In this document: piece by piece, positions 30,711 through 40,555 of the stretch
Position numbering within the stretch: position 1 is the stretch's first letter
Layout of the letters: every line of letters starts with the position of its first letter
NCBI GenBank assembly: GCA_963981525.1
Contig: CAXCDZ010000001.1
Coordinates: 11,217 to 75,216 of the forward strand
From: an uncultured bacterium
Lineage (GTDB): Bacteria; Patescibacteriota; Microgenomatia; UBA1400; UBA12108
Direction of reading: 5' to 3'
DNA length: 64,000 nucleotides
Translations under genes and position numbers: made by a program
Notes under the pieces: model-generated
Database searches by the model: none
What the model was told of the DNA's origin: nothing
The model's input: only the letters and a program-made list of their open reading frames with translations

Positions 30711-32347
30711 TGGTTCTCCAGATTATCGGCTTGCATGTGGACGGTGGGGAAACCAAATGTGCGAAAGATCACCCGTCCATCATCCCGAGCAATAATATCT
30801 TGCTCTCCGTACTCAAATAATGGCTGAACTATTAGAAGAGTGTTGTCAGGTAGATCCATCTGCTCTATAGGACCCTGAGGTCTGATATCGCCGAAATAGT
30901 ACTTACCCAACTTGATCATAGGAACACCGTCAATCATCAATCGATTATCTTTGGCCTTGCGATAATCGCGCGGATCAACCTGGTTGTAGTAGGCAAAATA
31001 CATGGAGGTCTCACCGTAGCTCTGAGTAATAATAAAGTGGTCATATTGATCTTCCCTCTCTCGCGCGTATTCAATAGCCTCAAACATTGTGGAGTCATAC
31101 CAGTACCTGCCATAGCTGGGATACTGATAGACATATCTGAGAGTCCAGTTGGCAAAAGATAATGAGTAGGCAAGAAGGAGTGCCGTAAACAATAGCTTAC
31201 GAAAACCGGATGTTTTGGACCAGAGAAAAATTTGGACAAGAGCATATCCTGCAAAAATCTGAGGAACTGGAAGCATCGCTAGACTGCGCAAACCATAGGC
31301 AGGGCCAACGAGCGCGGTTGGGATAGGGGCAAGGAGTAGCCAGGCGATCAGGAGTCGCCAAGCTTTTTGTTTTTTCTTATACAACAAGAATATACCCAGG
31401 AGAATGAGAGGGGCGTCGATGAGATATAACATGCCATGGTTGGCGAGACCGTAGCGGAGATTGCTATCTCCTCCCACAAAGAGGAATTGACCAGAGAAGT
31501 TGTCAAAATAGTAGGTTACAAAATCCTGGAGATGATACGTCGCGCGATTCTCAGTTAGCTTGGCCAGGGTACTCTTGGGGTTATCAAAGAAATTGCGACC
31601 GCGCTCTACCCGAGGAATAATTGTCTTGTCAACGAAAATGTTGATATTCTGGAACCTGACTTGCCCACCAGCAAAGAAGGCTAGATAGAGAGCGGGGAGA
31701 GCAAAAACTAGAGCGACCGACCAGTAGCGGACAAATGGCTTGACCCACACCTTAACCTGCTGACCCCAATGAGACCAAAGCCAAACTAACATGAGAAGAA
31801 GGGGGGTAAACATCTTGGAGGTGTAGTAAGTATATGCGGCTAGTGCGAGATAGAGGGCGGAACGTGTGAAACGACTCTTGAGAAGGTAGTAGACACTAGC
31901 CAGGCCAAGAGTGAGGGCTAGATTGGCTTCGTAGCCACCGCGACTGAGATGAATGTGCCACGGAGTGAGAGTGAGTAAAAGGGAGGCAATGAGAGCTGTC
32001 CCCTCCCCCAGTTTGAGAATGAGGACAAGGCGATAGGTCAGATAAACTGCAATGATCCCAGCGATGGCTGAAGGGATCCTAACTGAGGCGGGAGTAGGAC
32101 CAGTAATAAGCTGAACGAGTGCCACGGCGTAGATGTAAACTGGGTTTTTTTGGTCACCCCATGACTCAAACTGGAGAGGCATAAACTTGCCAAACTCGTC
32201 TCGACCAGTCTTGACGATCGAGAGGGCGTTGTAACCGATTGCGATCTCATCTCCGTAGAGCGAGGGCATGTGGGTATTGAGATAAGGGAGTCTCAAAGCA
32301 GCGGCGAGCAAGATAATGATGGTGATCAGGCGAGTGCGATGTTTCAT
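30707..32347 (-). CDS. GT-C (PMT_2/ArnT-like) membrane glycosyltransferase
   Basis: LYGDEIAIGYNA, GRDEFG, VRIPSA, PWHIHLSR, GDSNLR. Confidence 0.88.
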   Translation of the reverse strand: MKHRTRLITIIILLAAALRLPYLNTHMPSLYGDEIAIGYNALSIVKTGRDEFGKFMPLQFESWGDQKNPVYIYAVALVQLITGPTPASVRIPSAIAGIIAVYLTYRLVLILKLGEGTALIASLLLTLTPWHIHLSRGGYEANLALTLGLASVYYLLKSRFTRSALYLALAAYTYYTSKMFTPLLLMLVWLWSHWGQQVKVWVKPFVRYWSVALVFALPALYLAFFAGGQVRFQNINIFVDKTIIPRVERGRNFFDNPKSTLAKLTENRATYHLQDFVTYYFDNFSGQFLFVGGDSNLRYGLANHGMLYLIDAPLILLGIFLLYKKKQKAWRLLIAWLLLAPIPTALVGPAYGLRSLAMLPVPQIFAGYALVQIFLWSKTSGFRKLLFTALLLAYSLSFANWTLRYVYQYPSYGRYWYDSTMFEAIEYAREREDQYDHFIITQSYGETSMYFAYYNQVDPRDYRKAKDNRLMIDGVPMIKLGKYYFGDIRPQGPIEQMDLPDNTLLIVQPLFEYGEQDIIARDDGRVIFRTFGFPTVHMQADNLENQ

Positions 32348-32349
32348 GA

Positions 32350-34149
32350 TTATTCTGGGCTACAACTATTTCTAAATGAAGGATTGTTTTCTAGTTCATG
32401 AGTAACAACATCGTCCAAATCATGCACTTCGTGGAGAAGAAGAGCTTGACTCCAAGACTTGCCAGCGAATTTACGAATTGAGGCAAGATCATTTATTGGA
32501 GTAGAAATAGTCAGGATTTTTCTAGCATCTTGTGTGCGGTATTTCTCACAAGCCAGATCTTTGATGTTGGCGTGTCTTAACTCGTATTTACCTGCCTGGA
32601 CTAGATGAGAGAAACCAAAATCATCGGGGGCATTGCGGATGCCGCTCTGAACTTCGCTTGTAGTAAGGTCGCCATAAAAATATGGGGCAAGTGGCCCATG
32701 AAGTTCAGTGTCAATAATGTAGTCATAATCAGATGAGACGCTCTTGACGTAGCCAAAAACGTCACGTGCGTCACTGGTCCACATGAGATCATTGCTATGA
32801 GTAAAGACAAGGAAGTAGTGACTGAGTGACTGAGCGACAAAAAACAAGATAATCAAGAGATAGCCAAATAAGAGGGGGATAGCATAGCGCTTGAGATATT
32901 TCCCAGCCCAAGTGAACAACCCCTTGATGCCGATGCCAATAATGAGGGAGATAATATATAGGGCGATAAGAGCCATTCGCATGTTGATATTGTTAGCTAG
33001 AGCGGCGGGAATGAGAGAGATTAAGATTGTAACTGCATAGAAAAAATAGAGGGAATCCTGAGGATTTAGCTTATTTAACTTGTTTCTAACAAGTGACTCA
33101 AGGAATCTTTTGCATGCGTATCCAATCGAAAACAAGCCAACTAAAAAGAGTGGGAGTATTGGGTAGAGGAAGGCGCCGTAACTCGCGTCAAAGCCATACT
33201 CACTCTCAGCCTGCAAAAATAGATAATCAGATCCGAGATAACGGTAATAGGTTTTGCCAATGTTAGTTAGTTTCTCAACTGGTTTGTTCCAGAGTCCGTA
33301 GCAAAACTGGGACTTATCAGCGTTTCGCATAAAAGAGAGATAACAGTATTGCCTCTTCTCGTCGATCTCTAGAGTTGCACCTTCTGCGGACTTATTATTG
33401 TAGTACTCGAGTCGGTTGAGGCCCTTGCTAGACGTCAGATCACCTATCCAGCCGAGGCCAATGAAAAGGAGGGCGAGAATAAGCAGGAGGGATTTTTTGA
33501 GTTTGCTAATAAGTGGCCATGACTGGACCAGAGTTGCTATGATAATTGTGAGGATTGCAATGTAGCGAATAGAGGCATACCAATATCCAGCAAGACCAAG
33601 CATGACAGCTGCGAGAATCCATAGTCGGGAATCCTTGGCTCTAGTGAGAGTTGCACGCGTAATGAGCCAGATCCCAACTGCAAAAAATGCCATCGCACTA
33701 AATGCCTCGTAGAAGATCCGAGACATATCAAAGTGCCAAGGACTAAAAGCAAGAACAAAAACAGCAAATAAGAGACCCCATTTACTTCTCTTACCCCAGA
33801 GTTCTTTGAGCGTGAGATAGAGCATGAGGAGACTCACTACACCTGCGACTGCAGAAGGAAGATGAGTAACTAGGTTATCCATACGGCCGAGGACCTTGCT
33901 CCAAAATGCCATGGAATAGACCAATCCAGGCGCCTTCCACTCCCCGAATGCCTCAAAAACTAGTGGCCAGGGCTTGTTCCAGGTATCTCTACCGGTCTCG
34001 GCAATTGCCTTTGCGTCGGCGGCAAAACCCACCTCGTCGATGTGGAGGCCGGGGGGAGTACTACCGAGCTGGTAAAAGCGAGAAAATAGGATGGCAAAGA
34101 GAACAAGGATAACGAGGAAATATTTGGAGAGGGAGGAGAGTTTTTGCAT
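32350..34149 (-). CDS. GT-C (PMT_2/ArnT-like) membrane glycosyltransferase
   Basis: PPGLHIDEVG, GRDTW, FGEWKAPG, SPWHFDMSR; ATG at 34149. Confidence 0.85.
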   Translation of the reverse strand: MQKLSSLSKYFLVILVLFAILFSRFYQLGSTPPGLHIDEVGFAADAKAIAETGRDTWNKPWPLVFEAFGEWKAPGLVYSMAFWSKVLGRMDNLVTHLPSAVAGVVSLLMLYLTLKELWGKRSKWGLLFAVFVLAFSPWHFDMSRIFYEAFSAMAFFAVGIWLITRATLTRAKDSRLWILAAVMLGLAGYWYASIRYIAILTIIIATLVQSWPLISKLKKSLLLILALLFIGLGWIGDLTSSKGLNRLEYYNNKSAEGATLEIDEKRQYCYLSFMRNADKSQFCYGLWNKPVEKLTNIGKTYYRYLGSDYLFLQAESEYGFDASYGAFLYPILPLFLVGLFSIGYACKRFLESLVRNKLNKLNPQDSLYFFYAVTILISLIPAALANNINMRMALIALYIISLIIGIGIKGLFTWAGKYLKRYAIPLLFGYLLIILFFVAQSLSHYFLVFTHSNDLMWTSDARDVFGYVKSVSSDYDYIIDTELHGPLAPYFYGDLTTSEVQSGIRNAPDDFGFSHLVQAGKYELRHANIKDLACEKYRTQDARKILTISTPINDLASIRKFAGKSWSQALLLHEVHDLDDVVTHELENNPSFRNSCSPE

Positions 34150-34156
34150 ATAGATC

Positions 34157-34162
34157 ATTATA
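34157..34162 (-). promoter_or_regulatory. -10 box TATAAT, 7 nt before ATG 34149
   Basis: TATAAT-gatctat-ATG in a 14-nt gap. Confidence 0.6.
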
Positions 34163-34163
34163 C

Positions 34164-35933
34164 CTAGTTTTGGACGACGACCCATTTCTGGCAAAACTCA
34201 GCTCGATTCATGGTCTCTAGATCAAAGTCTGAGTGAGTGGTGGGGTGAACATAATTATTTAGCTCATCACTGTCACAGAGCTGATCACCAATGATACGAC
34301 GCAGTTCACCACTATCTAAGGAAGATACGAGAGAGCGAGGAGAATTAGTTGAAGATATCAGTGATACAGATGGACAAGCAAGAGAGCGCTCAATGGAATC
34401 AAAGCGAATAATAGCTGTGTCATAATCCTCAAGATCTTCTGGACATCGATTGGTTATCGTGAGGTTCTGATACTGATAGTTGTCGTCGTCAGATGGGCTG
34501 TAGCCATTATTAAAGCTAGTGATCAGCTCACTAGTGATATCCTGATTGACTAGGACGATGTTGCTATAAACATACCTCGGCTGATTATCGATAATAAGAA
34601 TCTTGACGTTAGGAGATAATCTGACATAGTTGGCAAGCAAGCGCTCATCAAAAAAGTGAGCTTGCGCATTCTCAATCGGAGCAGTGAACAGATAGTGATA
34701 GGCAAAGTTGAGAGTAGAAACACCAAATAACACAGCAAAAACGTAAGGATATATCTTGAATATGATCTTAGATTTCTGCTTGAGATAAATGTAGATGCCA
34801 TAGATGCCGTAGGCCAGAACAATATTGAGGATTACTAGATATATTGCTGAGCGAAAGGCCATAGAGTCGTTGAGATGTATCACAGTCGCTGTGGGGGAGA
34901 GGATGAGCAAGAGCAGAATAAGGAGGTGGGGACGAGAGTGACGGACTAGAAGATGTCCTATGCCATAGAGCATGAATGGGAGTGTAAAGGGATAAAAATA
35001 ACCCATCCCAGCTGAGAACACCCCCATGGTTTCGCCGTGAATAAACAATAATTGAGGAGAGATAAGAGTAAGATATTTGTCTCTGATAAGCATCAATAAG
35101 CTGAGATATTTGTTGCTGAATATCTGTTTGGCAAATTCGGGAGCTAGGGAGAGTGTACGCTCAGCATTGACTCCACCACCCAATCTATCGATGTTGGTGA
35201 AGATGAGCTCACTGCTCCGCCCTCCATAACTGTCGTAGTTAGTGATGGTGCGGATGAAGAGAAATGCGATCCAGGAGATGGCAGGTAGATAGTCTGTCCA
35301 ACGACGCTTGGACTCTGCAAAGAAAGCAAGATAAATCAGATAAACTCCAGTTAACATGGGGAGAGCGAATTTGTATCCATGATAAGTAAAAAATCCGATA
35401 GCAAAGGTCATAAAAAAGCCTATGAGGGAGAGTGGGGATAGTTTGCGTTGAGAAAATAGAGCCAGACATACCCATGAGGCTAGATACCAAAAGAGTGAGG
35501 TAGGTTGCTCGAGAGCGGTACGAGAGAAGATCACATGCCATGGGGAAAGATACAGAAGAATAGCAGTAATAATAGCGATAGGTCGCTTAACTCTGATAAG
35601 TAGTAGCCAAATAAGGACTAGCAGAGGAGTAAGAGAGCTATAGATAACGGTCATAAGGCGAGAACTTGCGGGAGACTGGGGTAAGAAGCTTAGAGTGGGA
35701 GTGTTGATGAGTGGGCCAAGCTCAGACATGGTCCCGGTGTTGGGCAAGAAAGAGAGTGGATGCCAAGAACCCTCGATGTCACGCCCAATTTCTATCACAG
35801 CGTGGGCCTGGATGACGTTGTCGATCTCATCATGAGACAAAGAAACTGGGACTGTGTTGAGATAGCTAAGGCGAAGGAGTAACCCTATGATAACCGAGAT
35901 GACAAGTATTATGAGAGGCTTCCTGTATTTCAT
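34164..35933 (-). CDS. GT-C (PMT_2-like) membrane glycosyltransferase
   Basis: LSHDEIDN, GRDIEGSW, SPWHVIFSRTALE; start moved to ATG 35933 (MKYRKP). Confidence 0.83.
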   Translation of the reverse strand: MKYRKPLIILVISVIIGLLLRLSYLNTVPVSLSHDEIDNVIQAHAVIEIGRDIEGSWHPLSFLPNTGTMSELGPLINTPTLSFLPQSPASSRLMTVIYSSLTPLLVLIWLLLIRVKRPIAIITAILLYLSPWHVIFSRTALEQPTSLFWYLASWVCLALFSQRKLSPLSLIGFFMTFAIGFFTYHGYKFALPMLTGVYLIYLAFFAESKRRWTDYLPAISWIAFLFIRTITNYDSYGGRSSELIFTNIDRLGGGVNAERTLSLAPEFAKQIFSNKYLSLLMLIRDKYLTLISPQLLFIHGETMGVFSAGMGYFYPFTLPFMLYGIGHLLVRHSRPHLLILLLLILSPTATVIHLNDSMAFRSAIYLVILNIVLAYGIYGIYIYLKQKSKIIFKIYPYVFAVLFGVSTLNFAYHYLFTAPIENAQAHFFDERLLANYVRLSPNVKILIIDNQPRYVYSNIVLVNQDITSELITSFNNGYSPSDDDNYQYQNLTITNRCPEDLEDYDTAIIRFDSIERSLACPSVSLISSTNSPRSLVSSLDSGELRRIIGDQLCDSDELNNYVHPTTHSDFDLETMNRAEFCQKWVVVQN

Positions 35934-35940
35934 AAGTGAC

Positions 35941-35946
35941 ATTATA
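35941..35946 (-). promoter_or_regulatory. -10 box TATAAT, 7 nt before ATG 35933
   Basis: TATAAT-gtcactt-ATG. Confidence 0.6.
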
Positions 35947-35950
35947 TAGA

Positions 35951-37075
35951 TTAAGCGACAAAACGACCTATGGCAAATAGTGAAAACAAAGATATTAGTC
36001 CCAAAAGAGAAATAAGCTGCATAAGGAATAAATTTCTCTTGCTTAGTTTGCGCGCGAGAATGTAATAGACCGGAAAGATCACAAGAACATATCGGGGGAG
36101 TGAGGTGAGTGATCCTGTCAAAGTCGGAATTAGGAGGGCGCCGAGCGCGAATATTAGCTGAGAGAAAGGAATGAGTTTGTAGCCAATTGCTAGAATACTG
36201 CCAAAGGCTGCCAGAGAAAATAACTCCAGGAGCGAACGGAAATAAACCCAACTGGCTGGCTCGACAGTGAGGAGGATCTTGAGATATCGATAAATAACCT
36301 GAGGGAGAGTGATCAATCTACTATCGTACCTATCAACTCCAAACATGGGTAGTACGCGCATAAACATCAAGGGATCAGCGAAGTCCCGGTAGAGATATCC
36401 CATGTAGAGCATCAAGCCGCTGAGCGAGATGGCGAGTAGTCCGAAGATTCTAAAAATCTTGATCTTATGACCCGACTCTTTTGCATGCAAAATCATCTCT
36501 ACGAGCAAACTAAGTGAGAGCAAGCAACCAATAACTCTAGTGCCAGAGGCAATCCCTGCAAGAATTGCTGCTGCTAACCAATGCTTCTTCTTGACCATAT
36601 AGAAAAACCAAATGGAGAGAGCGAGAAAGAGCGACTCGCTATAGACGCCAAGAAAATAAAAACTAGTTGGGAAAAATAGCATACAGCCAATGGCTAACAG
36701 CTTATGGTGGGGAAATAAGCGGTAGATACCAAATATAGCAAATATGAGAGTAATGATACTAATCATGACCCCGGCAAATAATGGTGAAGGGGTGATGGGG
36801 GTGAGAGCTCTAATCATGAGTGGGTAGACTGGGAAAAAGGCTTGAGTGCCGGTATCTTGATAGCCGTAACGCGCAATGCGCAAGTAATGAATGCCATCAA
36901 AGTGTGCAAAAACTGAGGAGGCTCGAGAGTAGTGAGAAGTGAGTTCTGCTTGATAATAGGGGAACTCAATATTGAGATCCCTTTTGAGGGAATAGTTGAG
37001 AGTAAGGGAGATTATCCCTAGCCAAACTATAACAATGAGACCTAATCTAGTTAGTGTTGGTAAGTACTTTTCCAT
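35951..37075 (-). CDS. PIG-V/GT76-like mannosyltransferase (GT-C)
   Basis: FAHFDGIHYLRIARYGY, AFFPVYP, YSESLFLAL, TRVIG, SLPRY; ATG at 37075. Confidence 0.85.
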   Translation of the reverse strand: MEKYLPTLTRLGLIVIVWLGIISLTLNYSLKRDLNIEFPYYQAELTSHYSRASSVFAHFDGIHYLRIARYGYQDTGTQAFFPVYPLMIRALTPITPSPLFAGVMISIITLIFAIFGIYRLFPHHKLLAIGCMLFFPTSFYFLGVYSESLFLALSIWFFYMVKKKHWLAAAILAGIASGTRVIGCLLSLSLLVEMILHAKESGHKIKIFRIFGLLAISLSGLMLYMGYLYRDFADPLMFMRVLPMFGVDRYDSRLITLPQVIYRYLKILLTVEPASWVYFRSLLELFSLAAFGSILAIGYKLIPFSQLIFALGALLIPTLTGSLTSLPRYVLVIFPVYYILARKLSKRNLFLMQLISLLGLISLFSLFAIGRFVA

Positions 37076-38090
37076 AAACTTCGTATGTAGCTCTAGCTGT
37101 TTTTTCCCAACTAAAATTCCTGGCGCGAGCTTGCCCTTGTGAACTGAGTTTTTTTCTTGCCCGACTATCCCGAAGAAGCATCTTGAGAGAATCGAGTAAT
37201 TCCTTTTTGCTGTGAGGATCAAAATATGCGACTGACTTACCGCCAACCTCAGGCAGACTGCCCTGATTGCTTGTGAGGACGGGGCAGCCCTGATTCATGG
37301 CTTCGAGGATGGGGAGTCCGAACCCCTCGTACCATGAAGGCTGAACATACAGGGTGGCATGCGCGTAGATATATGGCATGTGGTGAGTGGGGATGTAGCC
37401 GAGCATCTTGATCCGATTTTTGGCAGGAGAGGCGGCAATGAGTGACTCGATCTCCCGATACTCTGGGATATCGGGCTTGTCAGAGAATACTTTGCCGACA
37501 ATGACGAGGTGGAGGTTGGGTTTGTTGAGTTGGGAGAAGGCATTGATAAGTCCTTTGACATTTTTGTTCCAATTGATGTCCCCTACGTACAGTAAATAAC
37601 GTGGAGGGAGGCTGTATTTTTTGATAATTGGCGAGTTGAGAGTGGCTGTTTTTCTGATTATGATAGGGGCTAGGGGAACGACAGTGATCTTGCTCTCTGG
37701 CACATTCATGATCTCCTGGATATCCCGGCTCGAAGACTCAGAATCAGTAATGATGTGGTTGACCCCTCTAAGGGAGCGTTTTTGAAGATTGTATTTGAGG
37801 CGGCCACGCAGTCCAGGAGGGAAATGAGAGGCAAATTTGAGTGGAATGAGATCATGAATTGTGACAATCGTGGGTAGAGGTTTTCTGTGAGGTAGGGTTA
37901 AGAAGTGTGGGTCAAAAAATGGAAAGTGAACTAGATCAACTGAATCATGGTAGCAATTACCATCTTTTGCCAGAAACGTTGAGTCAGGAAAATTCTGCTG
38001 GAGAGCCCTGAGTAGCTCTCTAGTATAGACCCCTACCCCCCTAGTTTGTGAGGCTGAGGAAAGCGGCGCAAGACTGATTGCGACTTTCAT
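37047..38090 (-). CDS. GT4 glycosyltransferase (mannosyltransferase-like)
   Basis: GVGVYTREL, VTIHDLIP, PSWYEGFGLPILEAM, SLPEVGG, FSWEKTA. Confidence 0.93.
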   Translation of the reverse strand: MKVAISLAPLSSASQTRGVGVYTRELLRALQQNFPDSTFLAKDGNCYHDSVDLVHFPFFDPHFLTLPHRKPLPTIVTIHDLIPLKFASHFPPGLRGRLKYNLQKRSLRGVNHIITDSESSSRDIQEIMNVPESKITVVPLAPIIIRKTATLNSPIIKKYSLPPRYLLYVGDINWNKNVKGLINAFSQLNKPNLHLVIVGKVFSDKPDIPEYREIESLIAASPAKNRIKMLGYIPTHHMPYIYAHATLYVQPSWYEGFGLPILEAMNQGCPVLTSNQGSLPEVGGKSVAYFDPHSKKELLDSLKMLLRDSRARKKLSSQGQARARNFSWEKTARATYEVYGKVLTNTN

Positions 38091-39697
38091 TTCTTCCTAT
38101 CCCTTGTGAGAACATATAGAACTGAGATAATCGAGCCCAAGCTAATAATGTTAGCTATGCTCTCAATATTGGAAGATCCAACGTAAACTCGATAATCATG
38201 AGTTCCTGGATTGAGCATGAGACTGATAGTGCCATCGTCTCTTGGTGAAAGAAGATCGTCAGAGTTATCTCCCTCAACTTGAACGTGCCAGGAAGGGAAA
38301 TAGTTTCTGAGGATCGTTAACTCCCCGATCTCTTCTTTGTTGTTGGCGGTAAAAGTGATGTTGGTGGGAGTCGCAACGACACCCTCCAGAATAATGTTGC
38401 CTGAGCTAACAAGAACATCGTCTGATTTGTAACGAACATCCTGAGGTGACCACATCGGGAGAATCTCGGTGCGGAATGTTGTGGCAGTTTTGGTCAAGTA
38501 CAATGTGTAGAGAGAGCCAAACTCTTCTTCGTTTAGAAATTGGATTGGCCTCCTGTAATTGCGCACATTAAAAAGAGCAAGGCCTAGAAAGATTGTAATC
38601 AAGATGATCTGGAGTTTTTTGGACTTGAAACTAGAGAGAAACACGAAGGCAATGAGAGGGGCAAGAAGCGTAGTGAGGAATAAAAATCTCCAGGGAAATT
38701 GGACAGTTTGTAGGAGAGTAAGAGAATCCCAGATATAGAATGAACGAGAACTCATCATAAAAACTGTAAAGAAAAATGCGAAGACTAGAAAAATATTTTT
38801 TCTTGTCCTCTTCTTTAGAGCAACAAAGATTGTGGTGAGGGCAACTACAATAATTTGAGCCAGACCCAGTTGGAACGAGACCCCATCACCTGGTCCCGGC
38901 AATGAATACCAGTAGTCCCATTTACCATACAAAAACTGCTTTAGGTAAACGAAGTGTTGATCGAACCGGAAAGTAAAGTCTTGGTTGTGAAAAGAGTACA
39001 ACATAGTTCTCTCAACAATCATGGGAAGGAGAAAGAATGCGGCAAGACCCAGGCTGAGCGCGAACGAAAGCAATGCTCTTTTGGAAAATAGCTTGGCAAA
39101 AAACAAATAGGCAATAAGAAAAGCCATGAAAAGGAGGCCGAGGAAATTGTGGGCAATCAAGAGAAGGGCAAGTGGGAGAGAGTGATACCATCTGAGAGCT
39201 TTTTGGTGGCTAAGATCATGAAAACTTACTAAAACCCAGGGAATAATTCCCATTGCAACGACTTCGCCTAGAGCGCCGCGAACAAAAATATTAAGAAATT
39301 GATATGGAGTTGCTAGATAGAGAGCTGCTGAGAAGAAAGCGAGCATCTTGTTCTCTCTGGCAAATAGCTGGTAGATACCGAGTCCGCCGATGAGATAACT
39401 AACAAGAAGAATTAGTTTTACTGCCAAAACGGAGCTCATACCCGACAAGATCAGGGCTGTGGAGAGATAGTAAGGAAGTGGATAAATAAAGTTAAAAAGA
39501 GGAATGCCATAACCTTCATCAAAATTGCCAGCCCATCTGAGAGGGAACTGTCCTGACTTGAGCATTTTGACAGCTTCGTCTGCTCGTAGGATATGAAAAA
39601 CTCCATCGTGAGAGGCGAACCAACCAGGATTAAAAAGTGAAGAAGCAAGGATTAAACCTAGAATAATCAGAATTACTGGGAAGAGATACTTCTTCAT
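38087..39697 (-). CDS. GT-C membrane protein, YfhO/'PTPS_related'-like (paralog of 50982..52514)
   Basis: SHDGVFH, GQFPLRW, GYGIPLFNF, VRGALGE, QFPWRFL, YFPSW. Confidence 0.82.
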   Translation of the reverse strand: MKKYLFPVILIILGLILASSLFNPGWFASHDGVFHILRADEAVKMLKSGQFPLRWAGNFDEGYGIPLFNFIYPLPYYLSTALILSGMSSVLAVKLILLVSYLIGGLGIYQLFARENKMLAFFSAALYLATPYQFLNIFVRGALGEVVAMGIIPWVLVSFHDLSHQKALRWYHSLPLALLLIAHNFLGLLFMAFLIAYLFFAKLFSKRALLSFALSLGLAAFFLLPMIVERTMLYSFHNQDFTFRFDQHFVYLKQFLYGKWDYWYSLPGPGDGVSFQLGLAQIIVVALTTIFVALKKRTRKNIFLVFAFFFTVFMMSSRSFYIWDSLTLLQTVQFPWRFLFLTTLLAPLIAFVFLSSFKSKKLQIILITIFLGLALFNVRNYRRPIQFLNEEEFGSLYTLYLTKTATTFRTEILPMWSPQDVRYKSDDVLVSSGNIILEGVVATPTNITFTANNKEEIGELTILRNYFPSWHVQVEGDNSDDLLSPRDDGTISLMLNPGTHDYRVYVGSSNIESIANIISLGSIISVLYVLTRDRKK

Positions 39698-40515
39698 TAG
39701 TTCCAGTCTTTTGCGATGCTTGGTTTGGTCGCAGTTTTTGAGAATTCCCAGTACTTAATGTAGGAAGATCTCAAATGAAGTCCAGAATAATAGGCAAAAA
39801 CAAAACCAGGAAAACCATCCTGAAAACCTTTGTGGCGAAGATAGATCTCGAGGAATCTAACAATAGGCTTAACCAGCATGTAGTTAAGAATAGTTGGTGT
39901 GTCGAGTTGCAACTTGCCTTGTTTGAGCCATTCCTCAGCTTGGAGAGTAGTGTAACGATTGCTGCGCAAGAGATAGCGAGAGAAGTTGGGGTCGGCAATG
40001 TGAAGGAGATCTTCTACCAACTGCCCGGTCATGCCATCTACCTCCATGAGTTCGTGAACATTCTTCTGTGGGAGCTTAGCCTTACCCTTCTGAAAGAGTC
40101 TGATGACCGGATCGGGATACATGCCACCCTTGTTCATCCAGCGACCGAGGAAATAGTTGCGACGATTGAGTTGGAAGGCGGCAGGTTGGGTGGTGGGATC
40201 TAGAGAGATCACTCTCGAGATCTCTTTGGCGAGCATGGAGCTCACTCTCTCGTCAGCATCTAACTGAAGAATCCAGGGGTTAACACAAGCGTCAATTGCG
40301 ATCTGCTTGTTGATGTGAAAGTTGGTGCGGTTGGGTTCGGTAATAACTCGCGCTCCATACTCGGCAGCTATCTTGACGGTATTATCAGATGAGGAGCCGT
40401 CTACGATAATAATCTCATTGGCAATCTCCCTGATACTTACAAGACAATCCCCGAGAGTACCCTCTTCGTTATAGACTGCGAGGGCAATTGAGAGAGCTGG
40501 TTTGGTTGGTTGCAT
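39697..40515 (-). CDS. GT2 glycosyltransferase (WaaE/KdtX/LgtF-like)
   Basis: VDGSSSDNT, WILQLDADER, YPDPVIRLF, VHE, GFQDGFPG. Confidence 0.9.
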   Translation of the reverse strand: MQPTKPALSIALAVYNEEGTLGDCLVSIREIANEIIIVDGSSSDNTVKIAAEYGARVITEPNRTNFHINKQIAIDACVNPWILQLDADERVSSMLAKEISRVISLDPTTQPAAFQLNRRNYFLGRWMNKGGMYPDPVIRLFQKGKAKLPQKNVHELMEVDGMTGQLVEDLLHIADPNFSRYLLRSNRYTTLQAEEWLKQGKLQLDTPTILNYMLVKPIVRFLEIYLRHKGFQDGFPGFVFAYYSGLHLRSSYIKYWEFSKTATKPSIAKDWN

Positions 40516-40521
40516 GTGATA

Positions 40522-40527
40522 AGTATA
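40522..40527 (-). promoter_or_regulatory. -10 box TATACT, 6 nt before ATG 40515
   Basis: TATACT-tatcac-ATG. Confidence 0.6.
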
Positions 40528-40555
40528 TCCTACGCCCTAAATTATGGGAAATTAA

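Noticed and set aside
35934-36251. N-terminal extension of ORF 34164..36251 overlapping the PIG-V-like gene
   Set aside because: Longest-ORF artefact. The ATG at 35933 has a -10 box, begins a TM segment and avoids the overlap. Similar trims were applied at 1510, 27083, 34194, 37246 and 60028.
38087-39697. Pterin biosynthesis role implied by the 'PTPS_related' family name
   Set aside because: The protein is polytopic with GT-C-like loops in a glycan context, and no PTPS catalytic motif is visible.
40525-40555. Possible terminator hairpin (CCC...GGG)
   Set aside because: The stem is too weak and there is no proper U-tract.
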